Below are positions 61,101 through 64,000 of a DNA stretch of 64,000 nt, one piece after another. Under the pieces are notes generated by a model. It did not search any database and had not been told where the DNA came from. It saw only the letters and a list, made by a program, of their open reading frames with translations. Position numbers and translations under genes: made by a program. Position 1 is the first letter of the stretch. Every line of letters begins with the position of its first letter. The stretch is from Microthyrium microscopicum (taxonomy: Eukaryota). The stretch lies in assembly GCA_010405405.1 (NCBI GenBank), contig MU004235.1, positions 820,538 through 884,537 of the forward strand. The letters run 5' to 3'.

Positions 61101-64000
61101 TATTAGCCTAAAGAAGATTATAAAAATATTAAAGAGAAAGTATAAGAGAAGACTAAGAAGATACTTAGCTACTTTTACTAATATATTTAGCGCCTTAAGT
61201 ATAAAGATGCTATTTATAAAGGATAAGTCTTACTAGTATACTTATATACTATCTATATCTTACTAGCCTTTATTATACTAGTAGCATAGCCTTAAGATAT
61301 TAAAAAGAAAGATCCTATTATTAGATTATAATAGACTACTATTAGCTTAGTATTTATGCTATAGTATTTAACCTACTCTAACGCTAGTATTTTAATTAAT
61401 ACTAGTAGTAGCGTAATAGGAATTATTAACCCTTATTATCTTTAGCAATACGATATTTCTACTTTTTAACTTATATATCTATACTTAGTAATACTTACTA
61501 ATAGCAAGTTAATATCTATAATTAATAAAGCTACTATTCTTAATCTACGTATTAGATGCTACATTAAGTAGATTAGCTATTTTATTATAAAAGTAGCCTC
61601 TTATAATCTAATCCTAGGAGCACCTTAGCTAGATTAATATAAAGTTAACTTATATAAAGGTTTAAGAATATTAACCTTCTATAATATAAGATATATTATA
61701 AATTATATTATATTATAATACTTAATTACTATAGACCTAAAAGGACAATCTATAAACTTAGAATTACTTAAAGAATTAGATATCGCTTTTATATTTATAG
61801 TAGTATTTAAGAAACTAATAAAACGTAAAGATGCTATAGTTAATATATTCTAGCCTAAAGATTTTAATAATAAAAAAGAAAAGAAACCTCCTAATAGCAA
61901 TAAAGATAATAATGATAGATTTACTATAAACCTTACTATATATACTATATTAGAAGAAGATTATCTTAAATAGTAAGATAAGTAAGATTACTCTTACTTA
62001 TTAAAAAAGAAGATCTTAAAACTTATCTTAGAATGTTTCTACTAATATTTTAAAGTCTTTAATCTAAAGCATTTAGATATCCTTACGCCTTATTATAGTA
62101 AATACAACTATGCTATTAACCTTATTCCTAACGCTAAAATTCTAAAACGCTAACCTATATTAATATTATTAAAATAAGCCTTAGTTATTAAATAATATAT
62201 TAAGAGTCTACTTTAGCGCGGTTTTACTATAGGTTTAAAATCTTAATATACTATACTTATGCTTTACGTAAGTAAGTTAGGAAGAGGCATCTATATTTAT
62301 ATTAATTACTATAAGTTAAATAATATTACTATTAAAAATAGTAACGTCCTATTGCTTATTAGTAAGACGCTTATACGCCTTATAAAGGTAAAGTATTACT
62401 CTAAGTTTAACGTTATTACTACCTTTAAATATATTTATATTAAACTTAGAGATAAATATAAGATAGTATTCTTAATATACTATAACTTATTTAAGTTTAA
62501 AGTACTACCCTTTAGCCTTATAGAGGGACTAGGGATATTTTAAGTATATATTAATTATGTACTAATATAGTTTTTAGATAATTTTATAACTATTTATTTA
62601 GATAATATTCTAGTATTTAGTAAGATACTAAAAGAATATAATACCTATATATATTTAGTACTAGATATATTAGAACGTATAAGCTTATTCCTTAATATTA
62701 AGAAGTTAGAGTTCGCTATTTAAGAAGTAAAATACCTTAGTCTAATTATTACTATAGAAGGTATTAAGATAGACTTTTTAAAAGTTAATATAGTAGTTAA
62801 CTAGGAATAATTAAGCTATCTTAAAGATATTTAGGCGTTTCTTAGATTTACTAACTTCTACTAACGATTTATCTTTAATTACTTTGCTATAGTAGTACCC
62901 TTAATAAATCTTACTTAGAAGAATACTCTAGCTATATTCCCCTAGGACCCTAATAGGCTTAAGGAATAAGCTTTTAAAAAGCTAAAAATAGACTTTACTA
63001 GTATATTAATTCTATAATACTTTAATTATATTAAGGAAACTTAGATAGAGATAGATATATTAAATTAGGCTTATGTTACTATATTATTATAGAAAGATAT
63101 AAATAGTAATCTAAGACTAGTTACCTTCCTCTCTAAAAAGATATTACTAGCAGAATATAATTACGATATCTATAATAAAGAACTACTTACTATCATTCGC
63201 GCCTTTAAGGAGTAGGAACCTAAGTTGTTTAGTACTAAAGATATTATAAAGGTATTCTTAGATTATTAGAATCTTTAAACCTTTATAAAGACTAAGAAGC
63301 TTATACGCCATTAAATGTGCTAGGCTAAATTCCTATTATAATTCTACTTTTTAATTAAATATTATTCTAGTAAAGATAATAGTAAAGCTAATACTTTAAT
63401 CTAAAAATTATAAGACGTACTCTAAAGTAATAAAGACCTATAGGTTAAGTAATAGTACTAACTACTCCTATTTCTATATTAATTTAGTACTAAACAAGCT
63501 ATTAAGCTAGCTATAATCCTTATTAACCTAATTACCTTATCCTTTATATAGATAGCTATACTTACGTTAAATAAGTTAGATATTACTATAGTAGGGGAGT
63601 CTAATTTAGAACTTATTATAAAGAGCTCTTAGAATAAAGCTCTAGCTAGTTTAGATAATTTGCTACTAGTTAATACTAAATTCCTAGATTTTAACCTAGA
63701 GTAGTTTATATAGAAAGTAATAAAAGCGAGTAAGGGAGATAAGTTACTAATTACAATTTAACTAGCAAAGGCATAGAAAGACTACTTCTTACTCTTTAGT
63801 ATACTAAATTAAGATTAAATTAAGTTAATAGATTATAAAGCTCTACTAAATAGTACTATCCTCTATTAATAGAAGCTATTTATACTAATAATGTATTTAC
63901 GAAATAAAGTAATAAAATAAGCGTATTAATATAAAGTTATAAGTTATAAAGGAACTATAATAACCTACTACTACCTTTAACGAGATTATTAGTAGCTAAG
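58137..64000 (+). mobile_element. RIP-inactivated Ty3/Gypsy LTR retrotransposon 2 (LTR, gag, protease, RT, RNase H), running off the window end
   Basis: Starts TATAAGG (RIP of TGTAAGG). Zinc knuckle C..CGQKGH near 60745; protease IDTGS near 61395; RT DYRKLN (~62300) and LDDILV (~62595); RNase H ETDA (~63045) and NYDIYDKELLAII (~63158-63197). Confidence 0.85.

Overview
Eukaryotic, intron-containing DNA from a filamentous ascomycete (Pezizomycotina; Dothideomycete-like is only a guess). The window has a 'two-speed' layout. About 15 protein genes lie in ~50% GC sequence, interrupted by two AT-rich blocks carrying the signature of repeat-induced point mutation (RIP). Genes in order: urg1/URC1-like GTP cyclohydrolase II, ELF1, uracil phosphoribosyltransferase, FHA-kinase (MEK1-like), SAM-methyltransferase::GFA fusion, LaeA-like methyltransferase, histidine acid phosphatase, a head-to-head pair of secreted HH/HxHDGG/Met proteins (copper monooxygenase/SURNod19-like), WDR70, CBP80, GSK3, an alpha/beta hydrolase + SDR + transcription factor trio, and the SUN protein SLP1. 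Block 1 (12214-22711) is a Mutator-like transposon with 67-bp TIRs and a perfect 9-bp TSD, with a Tad1-like LINE nested in its transposase. Block 2 (about 53160 to the end) holds two nested Ty3/Gypsy elements. Best leads: two long, self-complementary introns in the MEK1-like gene; the putative copper-binding secreted paralog pair; the methyltransferase-GFA fusion; and a single in-frame TAG in the cluster's transcription factor. All splice models and RIP-reverted translations were made by eye.
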